From Antedon mediterranea (lineage: Eukaryota > Animalia > Echinodermata), in the NCBI RefSeq assembly GCF_964355755.1, contig NC_092679.1, positions 23,047,432 through 23,111,431 on the forward strand: a stretch of 64,000 nt of DNA, read 5' to 3'. How positions within the stretch are numbered: the first letter of the stretch is position 1; every line of letters starts with the position of its first letter. Position numbers and translations under genes: made by a program. Positions 37,401 to 52,401 of this stretch are shown piece after piece. The notes under the pieces were generated by a model. It was not told the DNA's origin and did no database searches. It saw nothing but the letters and a program-made list of their open reading frames with translations.

Positions 37401-40400
37401 GCGTTGTTCATTCATTTTATTTAATTTTAATTTAACTACTTTCTTCTGCGTCGATTGCCTTTCATACCCATTAGTATTCTATCTTTAAATAAAATAAACG
37501 TGTCCCGAATGGCGCCCCGTAATAACTTACCGAATCCATCATTGTCGTGATCTTTCTGACTTGCATTCGGTGTGTCTGGGCAATTATCGAGATCATCTTG
37601 AATGCCATCATCATCACGATCCATGTTCGTGTCACAGAGATCACCAACGGTGTCAACATCACTATCAGTCTGAAATTTACAACAAAAACATTATTTATAG
37701 AAAAATTTTAGACCAACTCACACAAGGCAAAACAAATATATATTAGCCCGAACGGCGCCCCGTAACTAGTCTAGTAAAAAGTTATTCTGCGTACGCTTAG
37801 AAACACGAAGATAAAGCCTAAACTATTTAAAGCATTTAGAGTCGTTTTAGATATTGTATTCCTTCTAGCCTACCTGTTCTGGATTGGCATCAAATGGACA
37901 ATTGTCACAAAGATCTCCATACCCATCATCATCGGTATCAATCTGGTTCGCATTGGCGATGTAGGGGCAGTTGTCTTCCCAGTTTTCAAGACCTGTGATA
38001 GAACACATAGGTATATCAAAACAATTGACGTCATCGGTATATCAGAATAATTGACGTTTAACAATTTTCGTTAGGCATGTCACACTTGTACATAACACAA
38101 CGAAGTAGGCACAACGCAAGTGAGTTGACCAATCTCAAGCGACAGTTCGGATGATCCACTGCTGCATCCAACCACAAAACAAATAAGATATATCTAGATC
38201 ACTTACCATCGTCATCAATATCACTATCACACACATCTCCAACCTTGTCTTTATCAGTATCCTCCTGCCTGAAGTTCGATTCATATATACAGTTGTCACA
38301 AACATCGCCGACGCCATCGTCATCAAAATCATTCTGATTCGAGTTGGAGATGAGCGGGCAATTATCCTTTTATAAAGATACAATAAGGTGACATTTCATA
38401 CAAAGGTAGCATTTTCCATTTTAAGCGAAATACACAAACCTAAATCGATTCAGTAGGCCTATACATAAAATGGCGTCTGTTTTTATTTTTTTTGGAAAAC
38501 AATTAGGACTACGTTGCTATTCTTTTGTTTAAAACCACCGCCCGTTCAGTTAATATTTAAATTTGTCTGTGAACGATACAACAGAACCGCAGTAAATACT
38601 ACTGTAGAAGGTGTATTTTGGTTTAATACTGGTCAATAGAGGGCATGCTATATCCGATTCCGATTTGAACTTTAGTGTTCGCACTGTACATAATGGTGTG
38701 TTCACACTAACTACTAACTTACAGATGAATCGTGCCTGCCATCATTGTCATCATCAGTGTCGCAAGCATCTCCTTGACCGTCACTATCCTGATCTTCTTG
38801 TCCACTGTTAGGAATTCTTGGACAGTTATCCTAAACGAAAAAGGTTATATTTATCAATATCATTTCTCCACCATAAACATACAAACGAAGTAAATTTATT
38901 CATTGAGGTATATAAAGATATCTGAAAAAAGCCTTGATTTTGTTTGATTTACATTTTTACATGTATAAATAAAAATGCCCCAAATTATGCCCCGTAAATT
39001 TCTGGGCGCCCCGTAAATTCCTGAGCGTAAACTTACGGCTGTGCAATGTTGGCCATATGCATCTTCACAATTAAGATCCTCATCTGGCCATCCATCCAAA
39101 TCACTGTCGCTTCCACATATCCTGCCATCACCAGCATAACCAGTTTTACACTGTAAAAAGATTAAACGTGATTTTTTATTATTATTGTATACTATGATAT
39201 ACACTTTCCTTCGAGTTAGAATTGTCAAAGCAATGTTCACAATGGAGGCCTGATTTCAAGTCGTGGAAAAAAAAATAGAATAGAAACGCGAGTCATTTCT
39301 GATTTGTTATTCAAGTTATTTGATCAATCATACACACACGTACTTTTTCTATTTAATATTTCTGAAACCAAATTGGAACAGAAAAGTAAGGCCTATAGCC
39401 TACGGATCCAACATTTGAGTCACCCGGCCTTTGAATTATCAACATTTAAAATTGAATAATTACAGCAGAAATATCCATGTTAAACTTGACCTTCTCAATC
39501 AAGAGATGTCATGAGAAAATTAGAATAATTAAGTCTACTAATTTTACCTTGCATCCAAATTTGGGCTGACTGTATGGCCCGAAGAAAATGCACTTCCCGT
39601 TGGTATGGCAATCATGCGAGTCTTCTGCACAAGGGTCAATTGGAATACATTGCTGAAATAGACATTTTTAAAATAAAAAAAAAAACGTTACGTCAAACAG
39701 TAAAATATTACATTAGGCCTACAAATACTTTACGTCACAAGCTACTGTATATGACGTCAATATAATGTTAGTGCATGTGTGCCTTTGGTTGGTTTCCGTG
39801 GAAAATAAACACATTGAAGATTACATCACAAGTAAATGACGTCACAAACTATATTACGTCAAAAGTGTATTGCGTCAAAAAATTACAAATGTTTACCTGC
39901 TTGTGTCTGTATGCATGATAGAGGCCGACGCCGTTTGGTTGGTTTCCACGGAAGCCGAGAGGGCACTGTTTGCAGGAATATCCTGGGACAGTGTTGGTGC
40001 ACATATGCTGACCCATAAAGTTGAAACAGGCCTCTGGGGCTTCGATACACTACAACAGAAGACAGTAAAACTTCGTTAAGTTTCTTGCAAAACGATAAAA
40101 AGTCACCAGAGAGAGAGAGAGAGAGATTGGTGTAATAGTCCAGGAGTGTTAGGCTTTGAGGTACAGTAGAAATGAATATGCTAAGCTTTAGTATGTTATT
40201 CCAGACAACATTAGGAAACCTATCCTGAAAATCAGCTTTAGAATATTCATTTCTAACTTTGGTCCTTTTTGTTTAGAAAGTGTCCAGCATCAGAGATTCG
40301 TGTAAAAGAGTAGAAATTAAATAAAGAATTATGATATGGTTATATATAAGTCTGTATAATCTCTATAATATATATTATAATTATAATAATAGTTGAATCT

Positions 40401-43400
40401 AGGAACCAACACACATGGGTATAAATATATAGGCTATTCATCATTACCCATTGTGAATTGGTAATGACTGGTTTTGGCGGTCCAGCTGCTTGTTTCTTAG
40501 AGCGCATCGGAAAAGGCCAACGAACCCAACTCAAAGGGTTCAATTTAGACAAGCTTACTCATCAAAGTTCGCAAACCTATTGGGTTGGCATTAATGTGAC
40601 AAATTAATCTATGACATTAATCAACTCTTGTTGTGGCAGGGCCACTTAGATTTGTTTTATTTTCCAATTATTTAACGTTATTCTATTGTAGAGCGTGGGT
40701 TTAGAACATCCGTCACACACTTGAACAGTTAGTACAATATGAACAAAATTAGGTTTACTCAATCTTTTCTCAGGATTGAGTAAAGCAAAGCTTTAATTGT
40801 AGTATCCAAGCAACATAATAATATTTCAAAAAGGTAGATAAGAAAAGAGGAGTAAAAAAGTAGGCCTAATTGAAAGAATTAGAAAAATTAAATTAAAAAT
40901 GTAACTTGTACAATAGTTCTTTTGACTTAAACATTTGTAAAAACAACAAGGTATACATTGTAAACTGAACTCCAAATGTTAAGGTAATTTATAATTTTTA
41001 TGTTGTCATTTATTTTGGGACCTTGTGTCTGTACTTATGCCTGTCACGTGTTATTATATCATAATATCTATTGTAATGAGGGTACAATTTGATTTGATCT
41101 CTTCATTATCTGCTTTCTACGGTCCGATGCAGATTATCCGTTTCGGACGGCAACAATATATTTCCAAAATTTCTAATTTCTCTCTGAGACTTAGCTGAGA
41201 GCTGCGCCCCAGCTGTTAAGCATGATTCAGGTTTATTAACTTCATAAACTTAAACTAACATATTAATATGGAAATTGGTTGTAATTAGGGTTCCTTTGTC
41301 CTCAAATGACGCGTTGCCTCCCACTCCATCTAGGATATGTCAATGCCAAGATAAAACCAACTCAACCATAAAAACCAGACTACCCGTGTTCCAATTACTA
41401 GGCTCTAAGGGGTATAAGGAAAACGACACAATCTCGACGATATGCATAGATACATTGAATCTGAATATAACTTGAAACGTTTTTAAAATTTTAATTGAAT
41501 TCATCATTCGGTCAATAATATAGGTCTAATTATTTAACTATTACAAAGTAACTTGGCGTCAGAGGGAGCTATTAAGTCAGATGTTTTGCTCTACTCTGAC
41601 TTATTGTACTGGATGTCCAGTACATTGAGAACATCGAAAACATATCTCTAGACTAGCGATCTGAAGATGGTGAGGCTAGTGACTTGGAGATGGTGAGGCT
41701 AGTGACCTGGAGGTCGTGATGAGGCTAGCGACCTGGATGTCGTGAGGCTAGTGACTAGAGGTCATGGGGCTAGTGACCTAAAGGTCGCGAAGCTAGTGAC
41801 CTGGAGGTCGTAGGTTAGGGTCTCACCTGAGAATTGCTATTGATATTTTTCGTATTCTCATGTACTGATAATTTAGTAAAATTACGTCAAAACAGCTGAC
41901 CTATGCCTACCTCATTGATATCTGTACAGTGGTGGCCATCTCCACGATAACCGACAGGGCAAGGACCACAGTCATATGTACCATTCTTGTAGCTTATACA
42001 TTCTGCACCGTAGAAACAGGGGCCAGACAGACAAGCATCTTGAAAAGAATACACAGTTATATTTTAAAATTTTACTAAAAACGCGTCCAGGCGTAGTACC
42101 GGTAAATATATTCAAATCTTTGTTATCAAAGACAATACTACTCCCCCATATAATTTATGCATGCACTGATACACAATTAATTAGCGTTACTTTTAAGTAT
42201 TTGCAATGTTTTACTTACCCACTGGACATGTCTTTACGTTACACAGGCGAATCTGGTTGAAATGTCCTGAACACGAATCTCCACCATGTTGCGGTAGAGG
42301 TGCGTCACAGAAACGTTTTCTTTCTTGCCAACCACCATCACATGTTTTAGTACATCCCGACCAAATTGACCACTCACCCCATCCTCCATTGACTATGAAA
42401 AGAAGAAGAAAATATAGACATTCAGGTCAGTAAAATATTGTTTAGAATATAGGAAATGCCATGTGAATATAAAGTACAGCAAATCAGCTTACCTGGGCAA
42501 GGATCTCGTACACATATTTTATTTTCTCTCTTGTCTCCGGGGCAGTATAGACCTCCGTTTTGTGGTTTTGGTACGTTGCAAGCACGAACACGTGTTTCGG
42601 TTCCGCTACCACATGTTACGGTACAGATCCAGGGAGACCACGGACTCCACCCTCCATCAATTTTACCTGAAAAAATATTTTTAAGCCAATGAGAAACTTA
42701 TTAACAATCGTATTAAAATTTTATTTTAGTCTCAAACCTGTTCGTAGTTGTTATAATGTAAAGCTTGGTTTCCACTACGATGCAACATAAGGACGCAGAC
42801 GCAATGACGTAAGAACATAACCTTGCGTGTCATTGAGAAGCGACGACAATGACGTACGCACAGTGCAATAGACGTATATTCAACACATTTTTCTGATAAA
42901 GGGTACGTCGCAACAGAGTGGTTTTAACTTTGCGTACGTTCTTACGTTGTGTTGCGAAAGTTACGTTGCGTTGTGGCAGATTTTTTTTTTCTAGTGGAAA
43001 CCAAGTTTTAAAAATGTTTTTGTGAAAGTATGAAATTTGACAAACTTTCTTGTTACAAGTTCTTCAAAGTTCGAATGTCTCACTCTTGTCATTCAGTGTC
43101 AACCAGTATTTAATATTGTTTATGAAATATGAGGGCCGGTGCACACTAGAATTTGACACGTTTGCTCTAGTGTGCGCCGAAGTTAAAGTAGAATAAGACA
43201 AAAATAACAACCAAACCCCGATTTCTTTATGTAACAATGTTTTACCTAATAAAGCGTTGATCTTCCACCCCCTCCCCAACAATAGAGGTTTCCACACATT
43301 TACACGCGCGCGTTATGCTCATTTGATTCATGCGCAATTGTTCTAGTGTGAACGGGCCTTCATACTCACTGATGCATGGTGGGTTTCCAATGCACACCCT

Positions 43401-46400
43401 TGTTTGTATATCACTACCATTGCACTTGTGAATGCTGGCATCACATGAACGTCCTCGCTGTTGATGACCACGCCCACATGAGGTTGAGCACTGTGTCCAA
43501 GCTGACCACTCACTCCATCCGTCGTCTTTACTATCCCCTTCTAAAGATATTAATTATATAATTTGGTTAGTTTTCTCTTCAGTTTAGTTCATTCATTTGC
43601 TAAATAAACTAATTCCACAAGCTAAAATACGAGTTTAGACCGCAGTTCTATGCTGATAGCCTTCCTCTTGAAATGATAGAAAGATAGTCGTAAAATCTCT
43701 TTTGCTAAATTCATTTTACTAATAAATTACATAATACATACAATTCTCCAATATTGTAGCCAAGAATAAAATATTGACACGAAACAAAATCACAGTTTGC
43801 AAGCAAATTGTTAACCAATTTTCTTAAGTAAAATCTTCACTAGGAAGCTATCAAACTTCGCCGAGTTTGCCTTGTAAGGCAAACATTCTTTGAAGATGTG
43901 TGCAAGAAATTAAGTTTCAAAAAGTACTTACTGCAAACGGGACAACATTCTCCTTGAATCTGAATTGGGTCTGTGCACGATGTTGGCAGACATTCAGTAG
44001 TCATACATTCAATAGTTCCTGCCTAAAATAATGTTTAAAAAACGTAGTACTTTAGTAACATATGGACATGCACGTGTTACATGATAATAAAAAAACATTT
44101 TTGGCGCTCAAAACGTGCTATATAGTCTGTAGACGAAAAGAACATTAATTTTAATTAAACTTTTCCGAGAGGAGGGGGTGTGGAGAGATGTGTAGGCCTA
44201 CATTTTTTACATCTCTCTCAGAACAATGTAAAAATACAGGGACGCATTAACGTTGATCTTCCTCTACTAATGATGTAAATGAATTATTGGTGCCTAGGAA
44301 TTGTCACCGCCTGTCCCCTAGTAATTCGGATTAATATACTGACAGAAGATTAGGCGACTTTCTATATGCTTGTCGTGCTTAATTCATTGGAGGTTGTCAC
44401 TTGTATATTGTTAGATAGGAAAGATGTTTCCGGAACTTTCACTTAACGGGATACCCAATATGGTATAGCTTTAATATAATCATTTCAAATCAACTTGAAA
44501 CAAATTTGTCTATATACATGAAGACGTACAGGACGCCAATTGAAGCAAAGTTATATAATACACAGGATATTCCTCGATTGAATTATGATTACTACTGTAA
44601 TCATAATTAATTATTTTGCATTCACTATGCTTTTTTTTTTGTCATATGTACGGGACAGAAATTGGAACATGTATTAGTGTTTTATCTAGAAATTAACCAA
44701 TTACTATCAATAGTTATATAAATAACTATAAAATCGTTATACAATTTTTCCAGGTACACGCTAGCGATATCTCTTTTCGTACATAAGTTGTGGGGACCTC
44801 TCACGAAACGTCACAAAATACACATGAATATTCATTAGTCATAATCATAAGATGTGACGTGAGAATCTAGAATTCTCTAATCAAACAAGGAATACAACTA
44901 TTTGCTAGAGTACTTACATTGCATTTGCATTCCGTACAGTCGCCTGCCTTCCACATCGACATGTTCACGTGCTCAGACCCATAATGCCAACAATTACCCT
45001 GATTTTTGGCAAGCTAGAAATTAAAACAATAATTATACTAAATTACAAATTTAGATCAATATCTAACATTTTTTCCTATTTTAATAAAACTGTCGTATTA
45101 ACAATTTAAACAATATTGAAGAAAAAACAGAAAGATTACTTATAATTTCAACTGCATTGTTTACTTACAATTCTGTTCTGTTCTCCATCTACTGTTAAGT
45201 CAACAATATTTGATAAAACTCCGTTCATTTGGTCTTTATATTGCATAAAGTCCTCCTTTATCGTATCAATCTCACGTAATTTGTTATTCAGACGATAGAA
45301 GTCCTCGCAGACGAATCCACAAGTTGTTCTAGCGCCCTCATAATTACTAACAAGTTCTTCAATATGTTCTGCTTCTGAGGTCGGGTTTAACGCGAATGCA
45401 GAATGTGCACTGTTGATCGGATGTCTCGTCGGACTTGGGTTGATTTTTCTGGTAGGTTCTGGAGACACGATCTCTGTTAGTTCTGGGTCTATTTCTGGGA
45501 AGGCGGGCCCATCTACTACCTCTGGATCGACTGGTGATATTTCTACAACAGAAATATAAGAAATATACATATTTGTTACTTAGTTTTTCTTCTACAGTAG
45601 CAATGAGTTGCTATGAGGTGAGGTGCTGTTTTAGCTGTTTGCAGCAACACTTAATCGACGACACTCTGTATCTAAATTACTTTATAAGGTCGCCATACAG
45701 TATTACTACAGGAATACAGTATAATTTCTGCATTTCCAAACTTTTAAATCAAGATTTTTGGAACAGAGCAGACAATCACGACTCAATATTTTCTTTTTTA
45801 TGATCATTAAATGTAAAATCTTCTAACAACATTTCCAATAAAAAAACATACCTGATCGACCCTGAATATCTGCTGAAATGCTTTCACTTAGAGATGAGAA
45901 AGATGACGACAGTTCGTAGTCACTGCCGGTTGTAAAACATCCCTGGTCTCTCAATACTTTTGATAACCTTGTGTTAAATATGAATTTTGCATCTGAAATC
46001 ATTCCCTGTTTTAAGAAAGCAAAAAATCAATCGTTGATGAAAAATTTGTCGTCAATCTGAAAAAACGATCATATAGAAGTAGTTGATGCATACTCAAAAA
46101 CATTATCTAGTAATCTATATATTAACGTCAGGCCTATTTCTAAAAACACTTAAAACTACGTTCGTAAGAAAATAAACTTTCCGTGGTCCGATTTCGCATC
46201 ACATTATTTTTGTCAATTAATCCTTCACGCATACACATGTCAATAGAACAATCAGACTGCGCACATGATTTATACATGGGTACGTTTCGATGTTGATATT
46301 TTTAGTGTTCAATAAGCAAGTTTGACAGCAGATTAGATTGTTCTTTGATGTTGCCGCCGATGTTCTTCTAAATTCTTACATCTTATTCTTTTCATCAAAA

Positions 46401-48969
46401 TGAACACAACATTTAGAAATACTGTACAATGATTTAAGGAGCCTACATAGATGCAGTAACTTGCCGTATCTTATCTTTACAGCGATTTACGACATAGCAA
46501 AACGGATCATTAATTATTGGATTTTGGTTGTTATATATATATTTATTTATATATTTTCTTCATGTTTCATTATTACCGAAATTTAATTTTTTTATATAAA
46601 GGCCTATCTACAGCATATTCTATACAGCTTTACGGTACCTTCTATATGATTGAGAAAAACAATCAAATTCACCATGATTGTGAATAAAAAAAAATCGGGA
46701 AGTTGTTCTTTTTCTTATCTAAATTTCTGACACATGTTTCACAAAATTTACTAATCGCAAAGATCCAGTGTATTTTAATTTCACTATCTAGCTAGCGACG
46801 GAACTGCACTCGATCACCAGCACTAATTCATGGATAATTGCAGTCAAGGATTCAGAAAAGCAACATAGTTAAGAAATCGGAAAAACACCCAAACAAAAGA
46901 ACGTTGGTCTACATACATATAAGAACACATAAGAATATCAACATTTAACAAAATAGAAAATGCTCCGACCAAATATATATTATTATTTATATTTGTTTTA
47001 TATAATAGACATATATCATTGATTACATTGTATTGACAGCATTATAGATATTTTGTTGTCTATTACACCGTCGCGGATCGAAAGTTTTGTTCGTTTTGGA
47101 GCTATATGACATGTCGTGACCCCCAACATCATTTATAACGCTGTTTGCTTGTTATCAAAACGCTACAGAACTTTTAGTTTAGAGTTCCTGGTGTAAAATT
47201 AACCCCTAGCACACATTTTATAATAAACACATTTTAGTTACTTATGGAAAAACTTACGGTTCAGTAACCTTTTGTTAAGGAAATTCTTTTTCTAAAAAAA
47301 TGCCTCCAATTAGGGCACACGGTAAATTCTTTGATAGTACCATCATGGAGTTAAAGACAGATTAAACATATAATAATAAACATGTTTGGATTTTAACGTC
47401 ATTATACATCAATCAAAGTAGTTATATATTGTCAACAATCATTTGATATTGTATAGAATTACGTTGTTAGTCATCGAAAACGAAAGTGACTGATGATGTA
47501 TTTATGAGATGAGTTACATTGCCCTCATTCGGTCAAATAAAAAAATATAATTTGTCTCTTTCTGGTAAACTTTATCAAAGCTACGGTTAATATTAGATAC
47601 AACAAGGAGATCCGGAGATCAAAATTTGGTGTATCTGTTGCTGCGACACGATCACTTGTACGCCTCTTAACAGAGAATATGTACAAACCAGTGTCGTAGC
47701 CAGACATAAGATCAAAGGAGTGTTATGAGATCCTATCTTGGAAAGGCAAGCTCAGTGTCCTGTTGTTCGATTATCTTGGATACACCTATCATGTTTTTTC
47801 TTACCTTATAGTCGTACATATCACGACGATCAAGTCCTTTTGCGAGTCGAAGTTCATATTTCGACGGGTTTACGTTGACATAAAAAGTCTCGAGCGACTC
47901 CAAAGCAACTTGTTCACAATCGATGTAAAGGACTGCAAGCGTCCCTTCAATGTTTAGCGTTACGTTGTGCCAGTTAGCATCTTTATCTGGTATATTTAAC
48001 TTGCCCAAATTCACCGTATGTTCCGATGTTACACCGTTTCTGTTGGTAACTCCGTACTGAAGTAGAATTTTATCTTGTTTTCGATTAATTACTAAACCAA
48101 AGATTCGTTTTTTGCCTTTCAATGAATCGATGGACACAATTGTTCCTTTATTGTTTCTGTCTGGTTTTATAGTTGCAACTAACTGGACTGCTTCTTCCGC
48201 TTTCATATTGTTCATAAAGTTCTTTAAGATGTAAGGAGGAGCGGCAACATTTGCCGATGTACCCTTAAATTTATAAGCAACTTGATCTCCCCCATTAGGT
48301 CCTTTTACTTTTTTGATACCTACAACTGGCATACGAGAACTTAATTTTACCGCACTGAGCACATTAATTGTTTCTTCTGTGAATAGAAAAACAAACAACA
48401 TTAATATACCAATAGTAAACAGATATATTTTTACCTATTTTCAATTAAAATTATTAATAAATATAATATATATAAACATTAAAATAACCACACCATTGAA
48501 ATAGATTATTTATATATATTATTTATTATAGAGAGTTTAGTCAGTTAACTTAAAACTCCAGAAACAATGGCTTAAAACAGTTCAGTGTTTAGTTCAAAAA
48601 TGTTATCCCGGTTAACCTTGATAAAACAACTTTTTTTACAGGAAAGCATGGATTTATTACTAACGAAATATAATGTGATTTTGTAATTTAAATATCTGAA
48701 AGTAGGTCAACAATAAAGATATACTTAAACATTTAATAATACATTATTTTTAGTAAAAAAATAAGTAATTTTAATTAATTTTTCATTTAAATCAAAACAA
48801 GCTCAATTTTTGTTTCTAAATTAATCAATTAATCAAAACTGATCAGAAGGAGGAGAGAGGATTCGTTTTAAAATTGGACTTTTCAACGTGAATTATTTTA
48901 TTAATTTCTACACTTACCAATACAGGCACTTAAGGCCACTAAGGCGAGTAACACCAATACCCGATACAT
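31467..48969 (-). CDS. THBS1: Subgroup-A thrombospondin (TSP-1/TSP-2-like), 1239 aa, 23 coding exons
   Basis: Exons in transcript order: 48918-48969 signal peptide [17 protein letters not shown]; 47805-48376 and 45852-46005 LamG/TSPN; 45169-45542 linker, CGFVC and coiled coil; 44918-45013 and 43932-44022 vWC; 43370-43540, 42493-42666 and 42219-42392 three TSR ([27 protein letters not shown]); 41911-42038, 39897-40049, 39548-39652 and 39037-39150 EGF; 38723-38830, 38207-38366, 37874-37992, 37531-37669, 37078-37173 and 35642-35869 type-3 repeats with RGD; 34890-35086, 33926-34000, 33104-33201 and 31467-31608 C-terminal lectin domain ([36 protein letters not shown]). Total 3720 nt, frame continuous. 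The symbol means THBS1/THBS2-like, not proven 1:1 orthology. Confidence 0.95.
32585..33055. repeat. Degenerate ~20-bp tandem repeat (ttctacagttaggaacaaac)n
   Basis: Repeated cttctacagttagg motif through a thrombospondin intron. Confidence 0.75.
34684..34855 (-). pseudogene. Duplicated thrombospondin exon end plus donor, inserted in the next intron
   Basis: Near-identical to ~35540-35728 ([29 protein letters not shown]|gtagg plus intronic 21-mer repeats). Flanked by the 15-bp direct repeat gtttgttcggtaagc (34669-34683, 34856-34870). Confidence 0.85.
35265..35594. repeat. 21-bp minisatellite (gcagattacaacaggtaatct)n, ~15 copies
   Basis: Tandem copies produce the spurious ORF 35254..35598 (GNLQITT repeats). 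Confidence 0.9.
41655..41812. repeat. Degenerate ~20-bp tandem repeat (gaggctagtgacctggaggtcgt)
   Basis: About 7 imperfect copies of the gctagtgac core. Confidence 0.7.
42761..43008. mobile_element. MITE with TIR aagcttggtttccacta
   Basis: aagcttggtttccacta ... tagtggaaaccaagttt. Related ends at ~1423, ~56677, ~59028 and ~61900-61918. Confidence 0.7.
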
Positions 48970-50760
48970 ACTGCTATTCTGTTATTGTCTGTAACAAAAA
49001 TAAAACAGTCAAAGTGTTAGTATCATCCTGTAAAGTAGGCCTGACAACCTAACCAAATGTATGCTAAATCTCTGTCTACACTATCAAACTAGAGTGTAAT
49101 GTGCCCAAATATAGTAGTGATGTGCCCAAATATGGTAGTGATATGACATCATCATGTCCATATATGGGGACATCACACTTTTTGTCACATAAAGTTTGAT
49201 AGTGTAGACAAGCTTTAGGTCCCAGCACGAGCAGCGCAAGTAATTAAACCAATCACAAGCAACAATTCTAATAATCCACGTGATTGGTCAAATGAATTCG
49301 TTCGTTTTATTCGGAACCAAACTTTATTGTTATAATTTTGAGACACATTAACGCATGGGTAGGGCCTACAGTAAGGACAGTAAGTGTTACGGACACATTG
49401 GGTCATTCAAAAATAAATCATTCAATCTCAATTAGCAACTTACTGTCTAATTAAATTAAAACTAACATCATTTCATGTTTTGAGTGTTTACGACTGTTAG
49501 AATAATATACATTTCATGTGAATAATATTAATAATATGCAAATGACACGTTCAAAAACATTCAAATATAAAACCAGCGTTGTATTTTGAACATAATCTCA
49601 TCATATCGAGAAGAGTTATATATAACAAATATCTCTCTGATGTACAGATTCGTACAACCGTTCTCTAATCTAAACTTAAAGAGCGAGTAGACCTATTGTA
49701 GAGATAATACACAATGATAATACAGTAATGATATATTATTTGCCAAACTACCAAAATCTTATGAATACACTTATCCTATTAATTTTACCGCTTACAATTT
49801 AGCATAATTTGAATTTCAGTTAATTAAATTTAATAAAAAATATTAATACTAACAAAACGTAAATTAGCTATGTGTACACTACGCATGTAATAATAATAAT
49901 TATGATTGTATTCAATCAAATTAATGAACACAAAACACTATTTGATTTTAAAGTGATTTACGGTACGTCGTCTCCTTTATAAAATGATAGGGGCATATTT
50001 CGGCCCACCTGATTTTTATTTAATTTATTTACTCTGCCTATGCGGATCTTGATTTACAACAGTGTCTCTACCACTATATTAGGCCTGTATCTTTTCTCAA
50101 TGTAATCATGATTAGGCACACACATTAATTAAACAGGCATTATTTAATTTAATTACATCCCTTGTGCTCATTCACTCCCGAGTGCAAACATATTTTCTCT
50201 ATCTTACCATATTTCTATTGAAATACAACACAAAACTGAACAATATTCTGTAAATGAACAAGAAGTTACACACTTAACTGACAAATTACCATACAGTACA
50301 CCGTAAATTCCTATATCAATGGGACACCTTCGTCGGTATAGTGTTAACATAGGACCACTTCTTCGGGACATCTTTATCCAGTAGACATATTTACACTAGT
50401 TGAACAACTATATTATGTATATCACTACAGCAAACCTTTACTAAGGGGACACCCCTCTTAAGGGGATACTTCGTTGGGTTCCGAAGGTGGCCCCTTAAAT
50501 AGTGGTTCATACCCACTGGTTACGGGAAATTATCCCCATAATCGAGGTTTCCCAAAAGAGGGTTCCTAAATAAGGCATAGTAAACAGTAAACTGCATTCC
50601 CTAAGGGAAGACAATATCCTTTGTATTTTGTGAACATTTTTGTATTATCAGTATCAAATATCAACACGTACATAAAAGGAATGTTCGTTTTTTACACACG
50701 GAAACCATTTCAATTCATTTCCCACGCATTAAAAAACCATTACACAGAAAAACACCCCAT

Positions 50761-50923
50761 AAGCTCTGTCTACACTATCAAACTAGATTGACAAAATAAA
50801 TGTGATGCGCCCAAATATGGTAGTGATTTGCTTAAATATGGATGTGGTATGACATCAGCATATCCATATATAAGCACATCACAATTTTTTGTCACATAAA
50901 GTTTGATAATGTTGACAGAGCTT
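50761..50923. mobile_element. Full-length copy of the aagctctgtctacactatcaaact MITE
   Basis: TIRs aagctctgtctacactatcaaact / agtttgataatgttgacagagctt, with internal gatgcgcccaaatatggtagtgat motifs. Confidence 0.8.
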
Positions 50924-52401
50924 TAAATAAAATATTAGGCTACAGACAGGTTACAACGAAACTCTAACATACATTTCAACTCTTATAAGAGTACAACAAC
51001 TATTCGTGACATGGAGTGATATTTAATTTAATCCGTGGCCTACTCACTGAATTACATAATTCCCCAGATATATGGTTATGTTATGTTATGTTTAAATTTT
51101 TAGATTATAACAAAATAACAGGATAGCATAACATTCCCAAGTGGAGGGTGAGAAAATGAAAAAGTTCAAACACAAGATTCTCTATAAAAGAGTGAAATTC
51201 TAATCAACATGCTAAGTCAGACAGACAAATTAATTTTATTTGTACTAAGGTTTCAATCGATTTAGATTGATACAAAAATCAGTCTTCGATTGAATTATAT
51301 TCGTCCGGATTTAGAACAGATATACAAAAATAAGATTAATTGACATAATTTACTGCATCTTAATAATAAAGAAATTATATAACGATCGTTACTCAGTGCG
51401 GTTGGAATAATCTAATTGAATATATTTGAGGAAATCTGTACAATATTATGACGAAAGAAATGTTATAATTCAATTAGATTTTTTAATTTATAATACAAAT
51501 ATCATTATCCTAATCACAACTTTTTCCAGAAAATATTTGTCCATTAATTTGTTAAATCAGATAAATCAATTTACCTAATTTATTTAAACGAAACAAACAC
51601 AATTTTTGTTTTACAAAACTAAACATTTTTTTCCCCTGATTTGTTTTTGTACAGGACCACAATGCAATTCATGTTTTCTTTTACCTGATTGTTTAATCTG
51701 TATAAAGATGTTGTTAAATAAATGAATTGTTTATTAAGGGATACTTTCTGACAAAGTTTCCCTTATATAGAAGATTGCCTACAGTTGGCTGGTGGAATTC
51801 CGGGAAAGTGTCCCCTAATAGTGTCGCAAAGATTTGTTCTACTATTAAATTGAAAAAGATATTTCAAATCAAATCTAAACTTTAGATACGGCACACATTA
51901 TATAAACTATTTTATCTTTTGTTAACTTCAGGAACCTTTATAAACCTAAATTTTGAAAACATCTTACGATTAAGCATAATATAATAGAAACACAATGAAT
52001 GGTAAAGCTTTGAAACCAGCATGAGATATTTCAAAAGTTCAAGTGAAATACTGATAATCGAAACAACGCTTGTTAATTTATCGGTAGTACTATACTAGTA
52101 TTAATCAATGACAATGTTAATCCTATAGTCTCATGGTACCATGTCTGGACAATTCTACAGGATAATGACATAGCAGTACGCTATCTACATTACTATCCCT
52201 GACTAAAATTGCAAGCTCTTTATAGGTTCTTTGCTAAGTCACTTCACAACATAAATAAACACTTGACATAATCACTCGCAAAATACCATTGAAAACACAA
52301 GCATATAATATATATAATTGGCATGAAATTTAAACAATTTTACACCAATACGCTAATTTAATAATACGCACGACTGAATACGCTTTTCTTTTTCTGTAGA
52401 C

